From: Raillietiella orientalis
Lineage: Eukaryota
Assembly (NCBI GenBank): GCA_036172245.1
Contig: JAYWIR010000039.1
Span: forward strand, 1,178,001 to 1,242,000
Direction of reading: 5' to 3'
DNA length: 64,000 bases
Shown: one piece after another, positions 62,961 to 64,000 of the stretch
How positions within the stretch are numbered: position 1 is the stretch's first letter
Layout: every line of letters starts with the position of its first letter
Notes under the pieces: generated by a model
Database searches by the model: none
What the model was told of the DNA's origin: nothing
Seen by the model: the letters and a program-made list of their open reading frames with translations, nothing else
Position numbers and translations under genes: made by a program

Positions 62961-64000
62961 GCCTATCTCCCTGGACTCTTCGATTCACTCGGCATTCCCT
63001 CATCCGTCGAGTCTCAGAGCCGCGGGCAACCCACTGCGAACGCTCCTGCTGTCGCGGCTGCTCTTCCGGAGGCGAGGAGGGAAGGGGCGGTCCTCGACAC
63101 GGGCCTTCGTCTTCCTCCGCCTCACCTCTTCTGGCGACGCCGCCGAGTGCTCTCCTTTGGTGTGGGCGGAGCTCGAGGAGAGTGCTTTCTCTTCGCCCTG
63201 GACGCGGTTTCCGCTCTGCATCGAATGCTGGGACGGGAGGGCCGGAGGCCACCAGCGTTCCCGGTTGTTCCAGAGTGACCATCCTGCCCTTGGGCTGCCG
63301 GTCCTCCGCGCCTTTCGCCAGTCACGGTCTGGCGGTTCGGTCAGCGACCGGGGGCATGCCTCGGGGGGACTCTCCTCTCGCGGTGCGTCTTCGGACCGTC
63401 AGGGGTGTCGTCCGTCGCGCCACGAGACCCTGTCTGGGTCGAACCAGGGTCACCGAACGAGATGTGCCCTGAAGCGCCGTCCTGCTGGGTGTCGGGCACG
63501 GTCCACTGTCGAGCGACATGAGGTGGCCTTACGTGTCGCGGAATGTCGCTGTGCGCCCGGTGACCGTTTCTTCACCGCGCGGCATCCTCCGGAACAAACC
63601 TCGCGCTGTTGGGTCCGGGTGGTCAGCAGCTCGAGCAATCTGCCAGCGGCGAAATTGCCGGTCTTGCCCTCGAGGTCAGGCGGACCGAGGCTCCTCCTGT
63701 TGATCGGCCAGCAGCCCAGTTGAGTGCCCCGCTCTGACTGCTCCGTCTCACACGGCGGCTCAGAGTTCGGCAAGAGAGGGAAGGGTTCGCAGGACCGCTG
63801 AAGAGAGACTTCCGCCTCCCGCATCGAGGAGGACACGGAAGAAACTCTGTGCCAGATGTGCCCGCGCTCGCCTTGTTCAGATGCCTGGCGTCATTCCCGT
63901 GGCGTCTTCGCCCGGCAAGTCTTGAAAACGCAGAGGGAATCAGCAAGCAATGGAACGACTCATCACTTCCCTGCATCTTTATCTGCATCTTTGAGCGCTT

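Overview
Repeat-rich eukaryotic (metazoan, probably arthropod-like) genomic DNA. I found no prokaryotic genes, CRISPR, rRNA or intact tRNA, and almost all ORFs in the supplied track look like by-products of high GC. The best host-gene candidate is a minus-strand exon (acceptor at 619-620, ATG at 570) whose 190-codon frame runs off the left edge and so is absent from the ORF track. The rest is mostly transposon fossils. These include eight pieces of one ~700-bp tRNA-headed SINE with an internal array of cUUCGg-type hairpins, and five 3' portions of an L1/Tx1-like LINE sharing a terminal hairpin, one nested antisense in another with a 14-bp TSD. There are also three NeSL/Utopia-like remnants, HERO-, R1-, RTE- and CR1/L2-like remnants, and an internally deleted piggyBac. 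Base composition steps down from GC-rich to more AT-rich at about 33.75 kb. I cannot support a wholly new biological system. The most novel-looking items are the structured SINE, the hairpin-terminated self-nesting LINE cluster and the unidentified gene. All family calls come from motif recognition by eye, not database searches, and most boundaries are approximate.
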